Shown here: positions 26,052 to 36,610 of the stretch, piece by piece | Numbering within the stretch: the stretch's first letter is position 1 | Layout: each line of letters starts with the position of its first letter | From: an uncultured virus (IMG/VR IMGVR_UViG_3300021602_000281) | Lineage: Duplodnaviria; Heunggongvirae; Uroviricota; Caudoviricetes | Virus record (IMG/VR): IMGVR_UViG_3300021602_000281 | Strand: one strand, 5' to 3' | Length of the DNA stretch: 64,000 bases | Translations under genes and position numbers: made by a program | The notes under the pieces: model-generated | Seen by the model: the letters and a program-made list of their open reading frames with translations, nothing else | What the model was told of the DNA's origin: nothing | The model's database searches: none

Positions 26052-29000
26052 TTATGTCGACGCCATACCCAGGCTAGCAACGGTACCAGGATTATACAAG
26101 GCAATTGGAATGTAAATAAATTCAACATCTTTCATTGGCTCAATCGCTACGTCTACATAAAGTTGGTTATTTGCTATAATGCTTGGTGTATTGTTACTTG
26201 TGTCGCAAATTACTAGGAAGTCGTATAAACCACGCTTGCTTAGTACATCATGCAATGCACTTTCAATTTGATGGGCTAAAGTTTTTCTTGTAATTTGATC
26301 ATTTGGCTCAAACAAGAAACCATTGCTTACAGATTTAAAAATTGTTCTTAGATAATTTTCTAAGCGAACAACGTTAATTCTATTTCTTGATGTTGAGTCA
26401 CCTGACTTAGTTTCTTGGCCCCACACAACTAAACCAGTGCCTGGTAATTGTGTAATTGGGTTAATTTTTAATGTGTACAATGCATCGCGTAGACCTTGGT
26501 TAACACCATTGTGTATAAATGTTCCTGTAGTAGCATCAACGTGTCCAATATCTGACAAGTTATCAACTAAACCACGGTGTACACCGGCTGGTGCAAACCA
26601 TTGATAGCTTACGTTATCATTGTATAAGAATGTTCTAAGTGCTGCATGACTTGATGGGACCGCTACAGTATTACCCGACAGATCGTTTGTCAATCCAGCT
26701 GGATAATATACAGCAAGATATGGACTAGCAGTTGCTAAACCATCACCATTTGTATTTGAATTCCATCTTGAGATGGCTGTTGTAGTTGGTTCCAATGTCA
26801 TCGGTGTATCACCAATAACAAATCCGGTATTAGTACGGTCATCATTTAACGCAACTAAATTATCAATCAATTCTGGATATCCAGGAGCAACTAATAAATT
26901 AAAGTTGTAGTTATCTTCGCGCACATCTACGTTACTATCCACTGCACTTTGTAATGCAGCAACAATTAAACTTCTTTGTGCTGCGGAACCAGCCTTCATT
27001 ACACCATTTGTATCTAACCCACTGACACTAACCCACGTACCTTCATATGTCGGTAAGTTGCTTGATGCGTTTGGTACCGCTGGTAATGTTGGGAAACTTG
27101 ATGCGTTGAAATAATCTGCCACATACTTTTTAATATTATATCCGCTACGACGTGTATTAAACAACAATGCACCACGTGGATATAAACGATAGTCCGGAGC
27201 ATCCTGGTCAATAAAGTTGCTTGACAACATTGCTACGAGACTTGGAATGGTATCACTGATAACATCGGATGTTCCTGTGGTATCCCATCGAGCATCAGCA
27301 AACACAATACCATTGGATGTTATGTGATCTGTATTATCAATTGCCACCCACGTTGCTCCACTATATCTATATAGGCTTGGGTAATTCACTAGGTCACTAC
27401 TATCTAACCATAAATCGCCCGCTACTAATACTGTTGCATCGCTTTGGCTTGTTGGTTTTGTTGCACTAACAATAACGCCAGCTGGATCAGTTGCGGTTAA
27501 ATCATAACCACGTGCATCTGCTGTTACGCCATTTCTGTAACCTTTCCAACCATTGTTATTAATCATAATATCAATGTCGGCTGGGTTGCTATAATACCAT
27601 AAGGTACCAGAATCTGGTGCGCTATACGGAGCAGACAATGAATATTTTATAGTTGTAGTAATTGCTACCCAATTTGAAATAGCAACGGCGCCTGTACTAG
27701 TCATAGTAAAGTCACTACCCTGGCCCGCTACAAAGCCAGCTGTTGCAAGTGGGGTTCCGCTTACGTTTGTTAATTGTATTTGGCCGCCTGTTGTATGTGT
27801 TATTGTGATACTACCATTGCTATTAAGTCTTGCAGTAACATACGGAATGTTTGCCGCTAAAATATCAGCAACAAATGATGAAGCTGTGGTTCCGGTTAAT
27901 GTAATTGTGTGGGAAATTAACGTAATGTTTGCTGCACCTGGAATAGTTGCTGCCAATGTAAAGCTATTGCCAATTACAAATGTGCCAGGTGTTCCGCTAG
28001 TACCTTCAGTTACTATATCATCAGCATGTGTAAATGTTTGTTCCGCAAAACGTAATCCGTTTGCTGTATTATCACTGACACCAATATGTGTAATCACTGT
28101 ACCGTGTGGAACATTTACGCCACCACCAGCTGGGTCTAAGCCAGCAAGTGCATCTGCAAAAAAGTTAAACAATGGAGCAGACACAGGAACCCACGAATCT
28201 AACGATGCGCTGTACTTCTTAAGTGATGGGCTGTAGCCAACACCAGTTGAGCTTGTTTTCCACCAAACGCTACCCATTGGGCGAGGCTGTGTATCTGTAC
28301 TTAACCAGCCACCAGTAGGTTGCTGTGCATAGTTACCATAAAAGAATACCGGGCACCAGTATGTACCTGCTGTAATACCCATCTTATTAAGAGGAGTGTT
28401 TGTAGCGTCCGATTCAACTAGTGTTAAGCCACCGTCTACAGTTGAGCCGTTACTTTTGGATGCACTTGTAGCAAAAAGAGTTAGTAAACCGCCTACTACA
28501 GATGCTGTAACACCAGTAATTGCCGCAGTATTAATTGCACTGGCAATCACACTAAGTGATGTTGAACTAAATGATACTGTTGTGCCATTAATAGATATGC
28601 TACTTGCCGCCGGGCTACCGCTTAATGTTAATGTTGGGCTCGCAACGCTTGCCTGTACCGCTGGTAAAGCACGTTGCCATGCATATGATCCAACTTGTAC
28701 CCAAGTATTGTTTAATGTGCCAGCAACTGTGGTGCATTTATAAAATAAACGTATCGCGGCCGGAACAGCACCAGAAGTAGTAACGCAAACTAATGCAAAT
28801 CTACCAGGTTGTCCAACAGATGCAATTGGAGTAGATATGTTGAAACTTGTTGAGCTTCCATACATATCAACGTTGTTGTTGTATACTTCAGCTGGGTCTG
28901 TGATTAACAACGGAGCCTGGTGATTAAATGTACCAGGTGTAGTTGCTGTATTTAAAGCATAAAGACCAAATTCAGTATTAGCCAAATCTAACCAGAATGT

Positions 29001-29393
29001 ACCATCTGCAACGTTGCCAGCTGGACGAATACCTGTTCCAGTTAATTGGTTAAGATCAATGTCTGCGCGGATTGCATATAATTGGTTACCTAGGCCTAAT
29101 GCGCTGTATGCTGTCAGTAAACCATATTCGTTTAGCTCGCCACCGTTAATTGGTGTACCAGCAGAACTAAGCTGGAATGTTGGTGTGCCCATTGCCGTCA
29201 CTAAGTCACGTTGACTTGTAAATGATTGTAATAGACCAGCGTTAGCCTTAGTTGTACCCGTTGCTAATGCATTGTTGTACGTTTTATCTTGTGCTGTTGC
29301 TAGTAATACTAAGGGAACAGATCCTACGTTACTATTAACGTATTGACTCTGGTCATTAATGGAAATTTGAATTCCTGGGGATACTAGTGCCAT
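26052..29393 (-). CDS. gp18: Contractile tail sheath protein (gp18-like) with large insertions
   Basis: LVSPGI N-terminus, WFAPAG..RG, LY..KINPI, WG..T, RINV.RL, FEPND. Confidence 0.95.
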   Translation of the reverse strand: MALVSPGIQISINDQSQYVNSNVGSVPLVLLATAQDKTYNNALATGTTKANAGLLQSFTSQRDLVTAMGTPTFQLSSAGTPINGGELNEYGLLTAYSALGLGNQLYAIRADIDLNQLTGTGIRPAGNVADGTFWLDLANTEFGLYALNTATTPGTFNHQAPLLITDPAEVYNNNVDMYGSSTSFNISTPIASVGQPGRFALVCVTTSGAVPAAIRLFYKCTTVAGTLNNTWVQVGSYAWQRALPAVQASVASPTLTLSGSPAASSISINGTTVSFSSTSLSVIASAINTAAITGVTASVVGGLLTLFATSASKSNGSTVDGGLTLVESDATNTPLNKMGITAGTYWCPVFFYGNYAQQPTGGWLSTDTQPRPMGSVWWKTSSTGVGYSPSLKKYSASLDSWVPVSAPLFNFFADALAGLDPAGGGVNVPHGTVITHIGVSDNTANGLRFAEQTFTHADDIVTEGTSGTPGTFVIGNSFTLAATIPGAANITLISHTITLTGTTASSFVADILAANIPYVTARLNSNGSITITHTTGGQIQLTNVSGTPLATAGFVAGQGSDFTMTSTGAVAISNWVAITTTIKYSLSAPYSAPDSGTLWYYSNPADIDIMINNNGWKGYRNGVTADARGYDLTATDPAGVIVSATKPTSQSDATVLVAGDLWLDSSDLVNYPSLYRYSGATWVAIDNTDHITSNGIVFADARWDTTGTSDVISDTIPSLVAMLSSNFIDQDAPDYRLYPRGALLFNTRRSGYNIKKYVADYFNASSFPTLPAVPNASSNLPTYEGTWVSVSGLDTNGVMKAGSAAQRSLIVAALQSAVDSNVDVREDNYNFNLLVAPGYPELIDNLVALNDDRTNTGFVIGDTPMTLEPTTTAISRWNSNTNGDGLATASPYLAVYYPAGLTNDLSGNTVAVPSSHAALRTFLYNDNVSYQWFAPAGVHRGLVDNLSDIGHVDATTGTFIHNGVNQGLRDALYTLKINPITQLPGTGLVVWGQETKSGDSTSRNRINVVRLENYLRTIFKSVSNGFLFEPNDQITRKTLAHQIESALHDVLSKRGLYDFLVICDTSNNTPSIIANNQLYVDVAIEPMKDVEFIYIPIALYNPGTVASLGMAST

Positions 29394-29494
29394 GGTGTTT
29401 TTCCTTTATAATACATGTTAAAGTTATTTATTATAAAGGATCAAAATATAGGTAGTTGTAGGTGCCTTGGCAAAGGTTTGGGGGTAAATACTGT

Positions 29495-29845
29495 ATGCTA
29501 AAACGAGATCTATGCCCTATATGCCACAATAACCCCGTGGCTGTTAACTATATTCGCGATGATGTCTATCATTATCGCAATAGTTGCACGGCATGTATTC
29601 GACGAGGGAAGAAACTTCCAAAGTTACCTCCTTTATGGGCAAAGACTGGCTACAAGAAAAAAGACAGATGCGAGCTTTGTAACTTTAAAGCAAAATCAAT
29701 GAAGCAATTATTTGTATATCACGTTGATGGTAGCTTAAAAAATGTAAATTCGTTTAATTTAAAAACAGTATGCGCCAACTGTCAAATTGAATTAATCGAT
29801 CTTAAGCTACCATGGAAGCCAGCGGCTATTGTACCAGATTTTTAA
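29495..29845 (+). CDS. Zn-binding HNH-like protein
   Basis: CPIC, CTAC, CELC, HVDG..N..NL..VCANC. Start moved to ATG 29495, 4 nt after TAAATA. Confidence 0.65.
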   Translation: MLKRDLCPICHNNPVAVNYIRDDVYHYRNSCTACIRRGKKLPKLPPLWAKTGYKKKDRCELCNFKAKSMKQLFVYHVDGSLKNVNSFNLKTVCANCQIELIDLKLPWKPAAIVPDF

Positions 29846-30458
29846 TGTTTGTATACAGGTCTTCAATGGACCCATTGTTATCTATAATAACATCAAATTC
29901 AGTGCCCACCCATGCTGTTTCGCTAACGTGAATACCAGCTCGCTCAAGCCTAGAACGACCAGTAGCCCATGTTACGTTATTTCGTTCTCCACGATTAAAA
30001 TTAATAGCATCATTGTACCATTCCGGTAATGAACCACGTTGCACCCATACTACTTTCCCGCCAGCATCTTTAATAGACTTAATTTCGTTTGGGAATCGGC
30101 AGTCGCTAATAACAATATTGTCTTTACTAGTTCGTAGTTTGTTCTCCACACTGGCAATCCATATGTCGTTGTGAAACGCTTTGCGGCACACTTCCGTTCC
30201 CCACAATTGTAATACCAACCGTGGGGTTAACTTAGGCTTTTTTAAACGTTCTGCCCACCAAGGATCGACTTGTTCTCTCCACTCTCGAGCTTCTTTAGTT
30301 CTGCCTTCGAGCAACTCTCGATCCCACCCAAACACAGCCGCTACTGCATCCTTAAGGGTTGCCGCAAACGAATCTCGTCTAAATTCATGGAAGTTAACTA
30401 GGTAATCAGCAACGGTGTCTTTACCGCTACCAATAAAACCGCAGATGCCAATAATCAT
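29826..30458 (-). CDS. Deoxynucleoside monophosphate kinase (T4 gp1-like)
   Basis: GFIGSGKDT, FA..LKD, TPR..LQ..GTE, ISDCRFPNE, H.SE. Confidence 0.92.
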   Translation of the reverse strand: MIIGICGFIGSGKDTVADYLVNFHEFRRDSFAATLKDAVAAVFGWDRELLEGRTKEAREWREQVDPWWAERLKKPKLTPRLVLQLWGTEVCRKAFHNDIWIASVENKLRTSKDNIVISDCRFPNEIKSIKDAGGKVVWVQRGSLPEWYNDAINFNRGERNNVTWATGRSRLERAGIHVSETAWVGTEFDVIIDNNGSIEDLYTNIKNLVQ

Positions 30459-30514
30459 AAAAAAGCTCCTAGTGTATAGAAGCTATTTTTACATAATAAT
30501 TTAGTAAAGTCAAA

Positions 30515-30880
30515 CTATTTTTTAGATTTATTTAGGGCAATTGCACCAACTGTACGGTGTGGGCTAACCTTGTGGACAAAGTCAGCTTCTTGGCTACCAC
30601 GCGGACTGATACGTTTGCTTTTTATGCCATGTGCTTTTTCTGTAGCATCAATTATGGCTTCGCAAGCATCGGTGTATGCTACAGTTATCAATGATTGACC
30701 GGCTGGCCCTTCAAGATCAGGTGGGTGATGAAAATCCGGGGCACCGCCCATGTTAACACCAAATTTATAAGCATCATATGGATCTGAGCTTTGTAAATCT
30801 TTATGTATTTTCATCCCAGGCGTAGCAGATATTTGATCTGCTGGTAATTGGGATTCAATGATAATTTCTGTGATCTTCAT
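30515..30880 (-). CDS. Hypothetical protein with MKITEIIIE N-terminus
   Basis: 121-aa ORF; TAAGTA 4 nt upstream of the ATG. Confidence 0.7.
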   Translation of the reverse strand: MKITEIIIESQLPADQISATPGMKIHKDLQSSDPYDAYKFGVNMGGAPDFHHPPDLEGPAGQSLITVAYTDACEAIIDATEKAHGIKSKRISPRGSQEADFVHKVSPHRTVGAIALNKSKK

Positions 30881-30887
30881 ACTATAC

Positions 30888-31799
30888 TTATCCTGTTACC
30901 CACGTCAATGGTTGGCTACCGTCGACATAGTTCTTTAAATCTTCTTCTAGCTTTTCCATTTCAGCAACTGCTTCTTGTTTAAGTGCATCGCCGTTCATTG
31001 ATGCTCCGCCCTGCGGGCCAGCAATAGTACTAAATTTGCTACGTGCTTCTCCAATGATACGTTTAGCAAAACTATAAGCATATTCCTGTAACCACGGAAA
31101 TGCGTAAGTATCATTAAAAATCATTTGATCTGGCTTGGTATTGTATATCCAAAGTAATACCGTTTCCTGTTGGTCCAACGGAGGATTTTCTCCCTGGAAT
31201 GGCATTTTACGTACTAGAGTTAATTTCTTAGTAACTGGATTAAATGTAAAATTCATGTAACCACCAAACATACGCATTGCTAATTTTTGATAGTCCACAA
31301 ATAATTCATAGTTAGTTAAGCCGCCAACACGGCCGGCTTGCAACATGTAGGTATTTAAATATCCACTGGCAAACGGTTCAAACTGGCTGGCTGTAGTTCC
31401 TGTCACACTTCCAATACCGCGGCGAAATACTGCACGTACTGTCTGTATTTCCTTGGGCAGTATATACTCTTGCGTTTCTGGCATTAGCTGTAAAAACGCA
31501 TAACTTTCCTCGGCGGAATTTTGTGCTTTTTGGCGATACTTAACAAGTGCCTGCTTAATGGACATCTCGTAGTGTTCTTTATCTAGTTCAACATCAACGA
31601 TACCATCACCAAGGCGCATACGCACGTAGTCTGTGATTTCTGCACGTTGTTTATCGCTACTGTCAAGCACCGATCCATCAAACGCTATATGACTACCAGT
31701 TTGATGGCCGGTGTTTGCATCAAAAAGACTCTTTCCGGTTATGTTACCACCAGTGATGTTTGCTTCTGATGTGGGTGTATTTGGATATGGTGTCGACAT
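30888..31799 (-). CDS. gp13: Neck protein (T4 gp13-like)
   Basis: LG...VDVEL, W...YA...K...G..RSKF..I.GP.GG..MNG. Confidence 0.85.
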   Translation of the reverse strand: MSTPYPNTPTSEANITGGNITGKSLFDANTGHQTGSHIAFDGSVLDSSDKQRAEITDYVRMRLGDGIVDVELDKEHYEMSIKQALVKYRQKAQNSAEESYAFLQLMPETQEYILPKEIQTVRAVFRRGIGSVTGTTASQFEPFASGYLNTYMLQAGRVGGLTNYELFVDYQKLAMRMFGGYMNFTFNPVTKKLTLVRKMPFQGENPPLDQQETVLLWIYNTKPDQMIFNDTYAFPWLQEYAYSFAKRIIGEARSKFSTIAGPQGGASMNGDALKQEAVAEMEKLEEDLKNYVDGSQPLTWVTG

Positions 31800-31842
31800 T
31801 AGTTATTCCTGTGTACAGTATTTATTACCGCACACAAGAACC

Positions 31843-33012
31843 CTATGCCGTTTTAAGTAGCAATACGTCTACGCTTATACGCCCGTTGAGCCTAGTTTCT
31901 GTTGCCTTGATGTTCTCTAGAAACTTACGCAAGTCTATCTTACCAGCTTTTGCAAATTCTTTTAGCTTTTCCTCGGGTTTACGCAATGTTTTGCTAGTGG
32001 ACTTAGTTTCGCTAAAGTTAATAATGCTAGTACCTTTAACACTTAATGTTTGGTACTGGTCCACCGAAACATACTTGCCCAGTTTACGGGTTTTTGTATT
32101 ATAAACCCATAGCTCTTGTGCGCCCACAATGTCTGCGGGGTTTATGCTTACAAGTTTAAGGCTCTTATCTTCTTTGGCGTACTTGAGCTTGGCCACGACC
32201 TTTTCTTTGCTTACTGCACGTTTAACACGTACCTTTTTAGTGGCTTTTTTAATTCCACGGTACTGCTCAATCTCAGTTAGTGTTTGGTCGATGTATGCAA
32301 AGTACCGTTTGAAATCGGCTGTTTTAAGATGGCTATATCCTTCTACCAATTGTTCATCTTGTTTTTCAAAAGCCATTTTAAGCTCATCAAACTTGGATTG
32401 GAACACTTCCTCGTATTTGTTGAGTTGGCTTTGTGGCACGTTATTTGTAACAAGGAAATCGTACGTTTTAAAAGTAAACTTTTTATTTGTTGACAGCTCA
32501 TCATACTGGCCTTCTAACTCGCCAAGTAGTTCGCTGGTTTTTTCGTTAAGCCTATCTTGAATAGTGGGCACGTATGCTTTGGGTTTATCCGCCGTTACTT
32601 CAATCACTTCAGCACCCGCCAGTTTAATTGATTTACGAATATTCTCCATAATATATTCAAGATGTCTACCGCGGAACGGCATTCCTTTTCGGTGTGCCAT
32701 AATTAGACTACACGCCGTTTGGTTTATTGTTTTATCTCCGCTACGTATAAATGCTTTGATATCATCTTTAGTAAATTTAAGCTCTGGATCTTTCATCCAT
32801 TCAACGACATGCTTTTTACAATCCTTTTGACTGTAATAGTAATTGTAGTAATAAAAACTTTGGCGGAGGAAATGATCAAATTGTTCATCGGTCATTGCCT
32901 TGGCTCGTTCAGTGTCCCACTCGGGCTCAGTGCCTGTATATTTTTCATCAGCAAATAGCGGGTTCCGTTGAACCTTTACTTTCGCTCTTACTGTTTTACC
33001 GTTGAGTTTCAT
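31843..33012 (-). CDS. Hypothetical basic protein
   Basis: 389-aa Lys-rich ORF with SD. Confidence 0.75.
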   Translation of the reverse strand: MKLNGKTVRAKVKVQRNPLFADEKYTGTEPEWDTERAKAMTDEQFDHFLRQSFYYYNYYYSQKDCKKHVVEWMKDPELKFTKDDIKAFIRSGDKTINQTACSLIMAHRKGMPFRGRHLEYIMENIRKSIKLAGAEVIEVTADKPKAYVPTIQDRLNEKTSELLGELEGQYDELSTNKKFTFKTYDFLVTNNVPQSQLNKYEEVFQSKFDELKMAFEKQDEQLVEGYSHLKTADFKRYFAYIDQTLTEIEQYRGIKKATKKVRVKRAVSKEKVVAKLKYAKEDKSLKLVSINPADIVGAQELWVYNTKTRKLGKYVSVDQYQTLSVKGTSIINFSETKSTSKTLRKPEEKLKEFAKAGKIDLRKFLENIKATETRLNGRISVDVLLLKTA

Positions 33013-33502
33013 GTCTTTCCTTCACTAAGGGTTTATATGCAAATTTATTACCGTGGGCATCATACAATGCCATGTGCTGTTTCCAACCAATTGTGTCTTT
33101 TTCCAACCAAAACCAATCCAGTGCTTGTTGATCTAAGGCACCCCAAATGTTTCGGGTAGTTAAAAAATCCGGCTGCATCTCTTCTGGCAGTCGCATTAAC
33201 ATGTTACGCATTAGCCACCAATCTGTATTGTAATCAAAACAGATTATACATTCTTTTTCATATTCATGCAACCATTCTGCAAGCTCTTTGGCCACAGCAT
33301 AGCGAGTGCCCACTACTCTATCTTTATGCTTGCCCAATAAAGGTAACACATTTTCCCTTACAAATCCAGTACATGCTTCGTTCCTGTAATCTGTCAGTTC
33401 AGCATAGAATTCCCGACCGTTTTCGTCAACTAATCCAATCGCGATTAAGTCGCACTCCGCTTCAGGGAAATCCGTAAACTCTGTGTCTAAAAATACAAGC
33501 AT
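32996..33502 (-). CDS. DEDDh 3'-5' exoribonuclease (Rv2179c-like)
   Basis: FLDTEFT..LIAIGLV..EFYAE, H.AL.DA. Start moved to ATG 33502. Confidence 0.85.
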   Translation of the reverse strand: MLVFLDTEFTDFPEAECDLIAIGLVDENGREFYAELTDYRNEACTGFVRENVLPLLGKHKDRVVGTRYAVAKELAEWLHEYEKECIICFDYNTDWWLMRNMLMRLPEEMQPDFLTTRNIWGALDQQALDWFWLEKDTIGWKQHMALYDAHGNKFAYKPLVKERHETQR

Positions 33503-33508
33503 AGTGCT

Positions 33509-33537
33509 ATTATATAGCAAAATCCTTTTTTGGTCAA
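33509..33537 (-). promoter_or_regulatory. sigma70 promoter, leaderless
   Basis: TTGACC-17 nt-TATAAT-6 nt-ATG. Confidence 0.75.
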
Positions 33538-33797
33538 CTACTAACTAGTATAGCAAACATTAGATACTGCTCCAACAGGGTCAGAGATTCGTCAAATTTC
33601 GTCAATAAGTCATTGTATTTAGGGGTTATTTTGCCCGATCTGCGACAATTTATAGCCTCTTTACTAAGCTCAGCATTAAAGCGATCAACGGCGGTATACA
33701 TGCGTTTTAAATCCAGCCGTTGCTCGGGCTCGGAAGCTATAATACGACACCGAACAGCTTCCATCCTAGTTTGTATTTCTGCAAGGCTAGTAGACAT
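33534..33797 (-). CDS. Hypothetical protein
   Basis: 87-aa ORF downstream of a perfect promoter. Confidence 0.7.
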   Translation of the reverse strand: MSTSLAEIQTRMEAVRCRIIASEPEQRLDLKRMYTAVDRFNAELSKEAINCRRSGKITPKYNDLLTKFDESLTLLEQYLMFAILVSS

Positions 33798-33803
33798 AAT
33801 GCT

Positions 33804-33832
33804 ATTATACGATAAAATGGTATACTTGTCAA
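33804..33832 (-). promoter_or_regulatory. sigma70 promoter, leaderless
   Basis: TTGACA-17 nt-TATAAT-6 nt-ATG. Confidence 0.85.
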
Positions 33833-33862
33833 ACCCATAAATACTACAATATAGGAATTGCT

Positions 33863-35230
33863 ATGCCACGTTTAAGTCTATGGAAAGACGGCGCTCACAC
33901 AAACGATTATAAGTTTATGGATCGCAGAATCAGTGAAATGTTTACCATTGGTGGTACTGGTATAATGTTGAACAAATACCTTGGGGTAAACACCCAAGGT
34001 ACAAATTTAACCACTAGTGCCGCACAAAGCTCGGCAGGTAAAATTCTCACATTTAGTAACACAGTTGGTGTAAACAAAAAAGATTTTGTTTTTGGCACTA
34101 ACATACCAGCTGGCGCAAAAGTAGCATCAATGAATACCACCAGTGTAACATTGACTGTAAACACAACTGGTATAGTAGGCACAAATACTATAATTGGCTT
34201 TAGTTCCGATGCAACTAAACCAAGCTACGTAAATCAAAGCGAACAAAATATACAAGACTTATTATGGTTAGAAAACCGAGATCGTAAGTACGATAGTAGT
34301 GTTTACAAAATGCGCGGTATATACCAACGTGCAGATCAAGATTTTGATTTAAGCCAATTTGGCTTGTTCCTACAAACCGGCACCATCTTCATGGTGTTTC
34401 ATTTACGTGACATGGTTGATACTGTTGGTCGGAAGTTAATTGCCGGTGATGTTTTAGAGTTACAACATTTAAAAGATTACGATGCGTTGGATCAAGATGT
34501 TCCGGCTGCATTAAAACGATATTATGTAGTAGGTGATGCCAGCTTTGCCGCTGAAGGTTTTAGTCCAACTTGGTGGCCACATCTATGGAGAGTTAAACTT
34601 AATCCATTGGTGGATAGCCAAGAGTACAAGGACATTTTAAACCAAGTTGTTGCTGGTACTGCCGATACTAAAACAAGCGATATATTAAGTAGCCTGTCAA
34701 AATATCAAAATATTAACAATGCTATTGTTGCACAGGCAGAGGCAGACTTACCATCCTCTGGATATGATACTAGTAGCTTTTTTACATTGCCAATTGATGG
34801 GCGTGGTAATCCACTAGGCGAAGTAATTACAGCAGATAACATGGATATTGAAGCAGATAACTTAACACCACTGGCAGACGGTGGAGTTGCTAGTCCGTTA
34901 TCTAAAATGAATGGTTACATGGTTGGCGATGGTATTGCACCAAATGGTTTGGTAACCGGTGCAGGCGTTGCCTTCCCAATGTCACCATCCGAAGGTGATT
35001 ATTACTTACGATTAGATTACTTGCCAAATCGTTTATTTAGATTTGGTGGAGCACGGTGGGTTAAAGTTGAGGATTCTGTACGTACTAACTTAACGCCAGG
35101 TGCCGCAAATAATCTTACACAGCGTAGTAGTTATGTAAATAACACTAATACATACGTAGATGGTGATGGCAATACTCAAAATGAGCGTCAGCCCCTAAGT
35201 CGCGTATTAACTCCCAAGGCCGATAATTAA
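33863..35230 (+). CDS. Neck/head-closure protein (gp14-like)
   Basis: DLL..ENRDR.Y, LSQFGL, GDVLEL; precedes the gp15-like gene. Confidence 0.6.
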   Translation: MPRLSLWKDGAHTNDYKFMDRRISEMFTIGGTGIMLNKYLGVNTQGTNLTTSAAQSSAGKILTFSNTVGVNKKDFVFGTNIPAGAKVASMNTTSVTLTVNTTGIVGTNTIIGFSSDATKPSYVNQSEQNIQDLLWLENRDRKYDSSVYKMRGIYQRADQDFDLSQFGLFLQTGTIFMVFHLRDMVDTVGRKLIAGDVLELQHLKDYDALDQDVPAALKRYYVVGDASFAAEGFSPTWWPHLWRVKLNPLVDSQEYKDILNQVVAGTADTKTSDILSSLSKYQNINNAIVAQAEADLPSSGYDTSSFFTLPIDGRGNPLGEVITADNMDIEADNLTPLADGGVASPLSKMNGYMVGDGIAPNGLVTGAGVAFPMSPSEGDYYLRLDYLPNRLFRFGGARWVKVEDSVRTNLTPGAANNLTQRSSYVNNTNTYVDGDGNTQNERQPLSRVLTPKADN

Positions 35231-36610
35231 ATGCCAGTCCAATTTGCTTACGATGGCCAGATCCGTCGATTTGTTATGCAATTTATTCGCATACTATCAA
35301 ACTTCCAAGTTGAATTTGGAAAAGATTCTGCAGGCGATCGCACACTACAAACTGTGCCAGTATACTACGGAGATGTCAGTCGCCAAGCGGCAATGATACT
35401 TCGCGGTAATAGCGAAAATACGTTAAACTCTGTTCCTGCTGTTGCTACATATATCTCGGCACTGGGATATGATCGTGATCGTTTACAAAATCCGTATTAC
35501 GAAGGTGTTATGCGAGTTAGAGAGCGCACATACGACGATGTCTCACAAGAATATACACAAAACCAAGACAGCATTTATACAGTAGAGCGCATGATGCCGG
35601 CGCCATACAAACTAACCATGAAGGTAGATGTTTGGACCAGTAACACCGAACAAAAGCATCAACTACTTGAACAGATCTTACCATTGTTTAATCCCGGTTT
35701 AGAAATACAAAGCACAGACAATTACATTGACTGGACTAGTTTAAGTGTAGTATTGCTAACTGATGTAACGTATACCAGCAGAACCGTACCAGCAATGGCA
35801 GACGAAAGTATTGACGTTGTTTCATTAACATTTGAAATGCCCATATGGATTAGCTTGCCAGCTAAAGTTAAAAAGATGGGTGTTGTATCGCAAATTATTG
35901 CCAGCATATATGATGACCAAGGTGACCTAAGCATAGATATAATAAACGGACAACAAGGGTTAATGAGCCAACAAAGATTCACTCCTATGAATTACGAAAT
36001 AGTGTATATGGGGAATACCTTAACATTATATCAATATACTGCCACTGAGAATTCATCTGGAGAAATTCGTGGACAAAAGATACCATGGAAAAATATGATT
36101 AATATGTATGGTAAACTTACCAATGGTATTAGTCAAGCTAGATTGACATTCCCGTATCCCGGTGCATCACATGAGATAGCAGGCACAGTTGCGATTAATC
36201 CAACAGATGATACTCAATTATTGTTTACTCCGTTTACACCAACACTACCTGCCAATACACTGGCTCCTGTTAATGCAATTATTGATCCGTACAATGTCAC
36301 TGTCAACAGTGATATACTAAATCCAGCTGTTGGTACACGATACTTAATTTTAAACCCAATTGGAGATGCTTCTAGTGAAAGCGCAATTGCATGGGCAGGA
36401 ACTGCTAGTGGCAATGAGCTGGTGGCCAATGCAAACGACATAATTGAGTGGAACGGAACATACTGGCATGTTGTATTTGACAGCAGAGAATCAACTGTAC
36501 AATATCTATCAAATCTAAATACCACAGTTCAATATCGCTGGACTGGCGATGCCTGGGTTAAAAGTTACGAAGGATTATATAAAGCTGGTGACTGGAGTTT
36601 AGTATTGTAA
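35231..36610 (+). CDS. gp15: Tail sheath terminator/stabiliser (T4 gp15-like)
   Basis: YD.QIRR, VPV.YG, MP.PY.L, Q..EQILP.FNP. Confidence 0.85.
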   Translation: MPVQFAYDGQIRRFVMQFIRILSNFQVEFGKDSAGDRTLQTVPVYYGDVSRQAAMILRGNSENTLNSVPAVATYISALGYDRDRLQNPYYEGVMRVRERTYDDVSQEYTQNQDSIYTVERMMPAPYKLTMKVDVWTSNTEQKHQLLEQILPLFNPGLEIQSTDNYIDWTSLSVVLLTDVTYTSRTVPAMADESIDVVSLTFEMPIWISLPAKVKKMGVVSQIIASIYDDQGDLSIDIINGQQGLMSQQRFTPMNYEIVYMGNTLTLYQYTATENSSGEIRGQKIPWKNMINMYGKLTNGISQARLTFPYPGASHEIAGTVAINPTDDTQLLFTPFTPTLPANTLAPVNAIIDPYNVTVNSDILNPAVGTRYLILNPIGDASSESAIAWAGTASGNELVANANDIIEWNGTYWHVVFDSRESTVQYLSNLNTTVQYRWTGDAWVKSYEGLYKAGDWSLVL

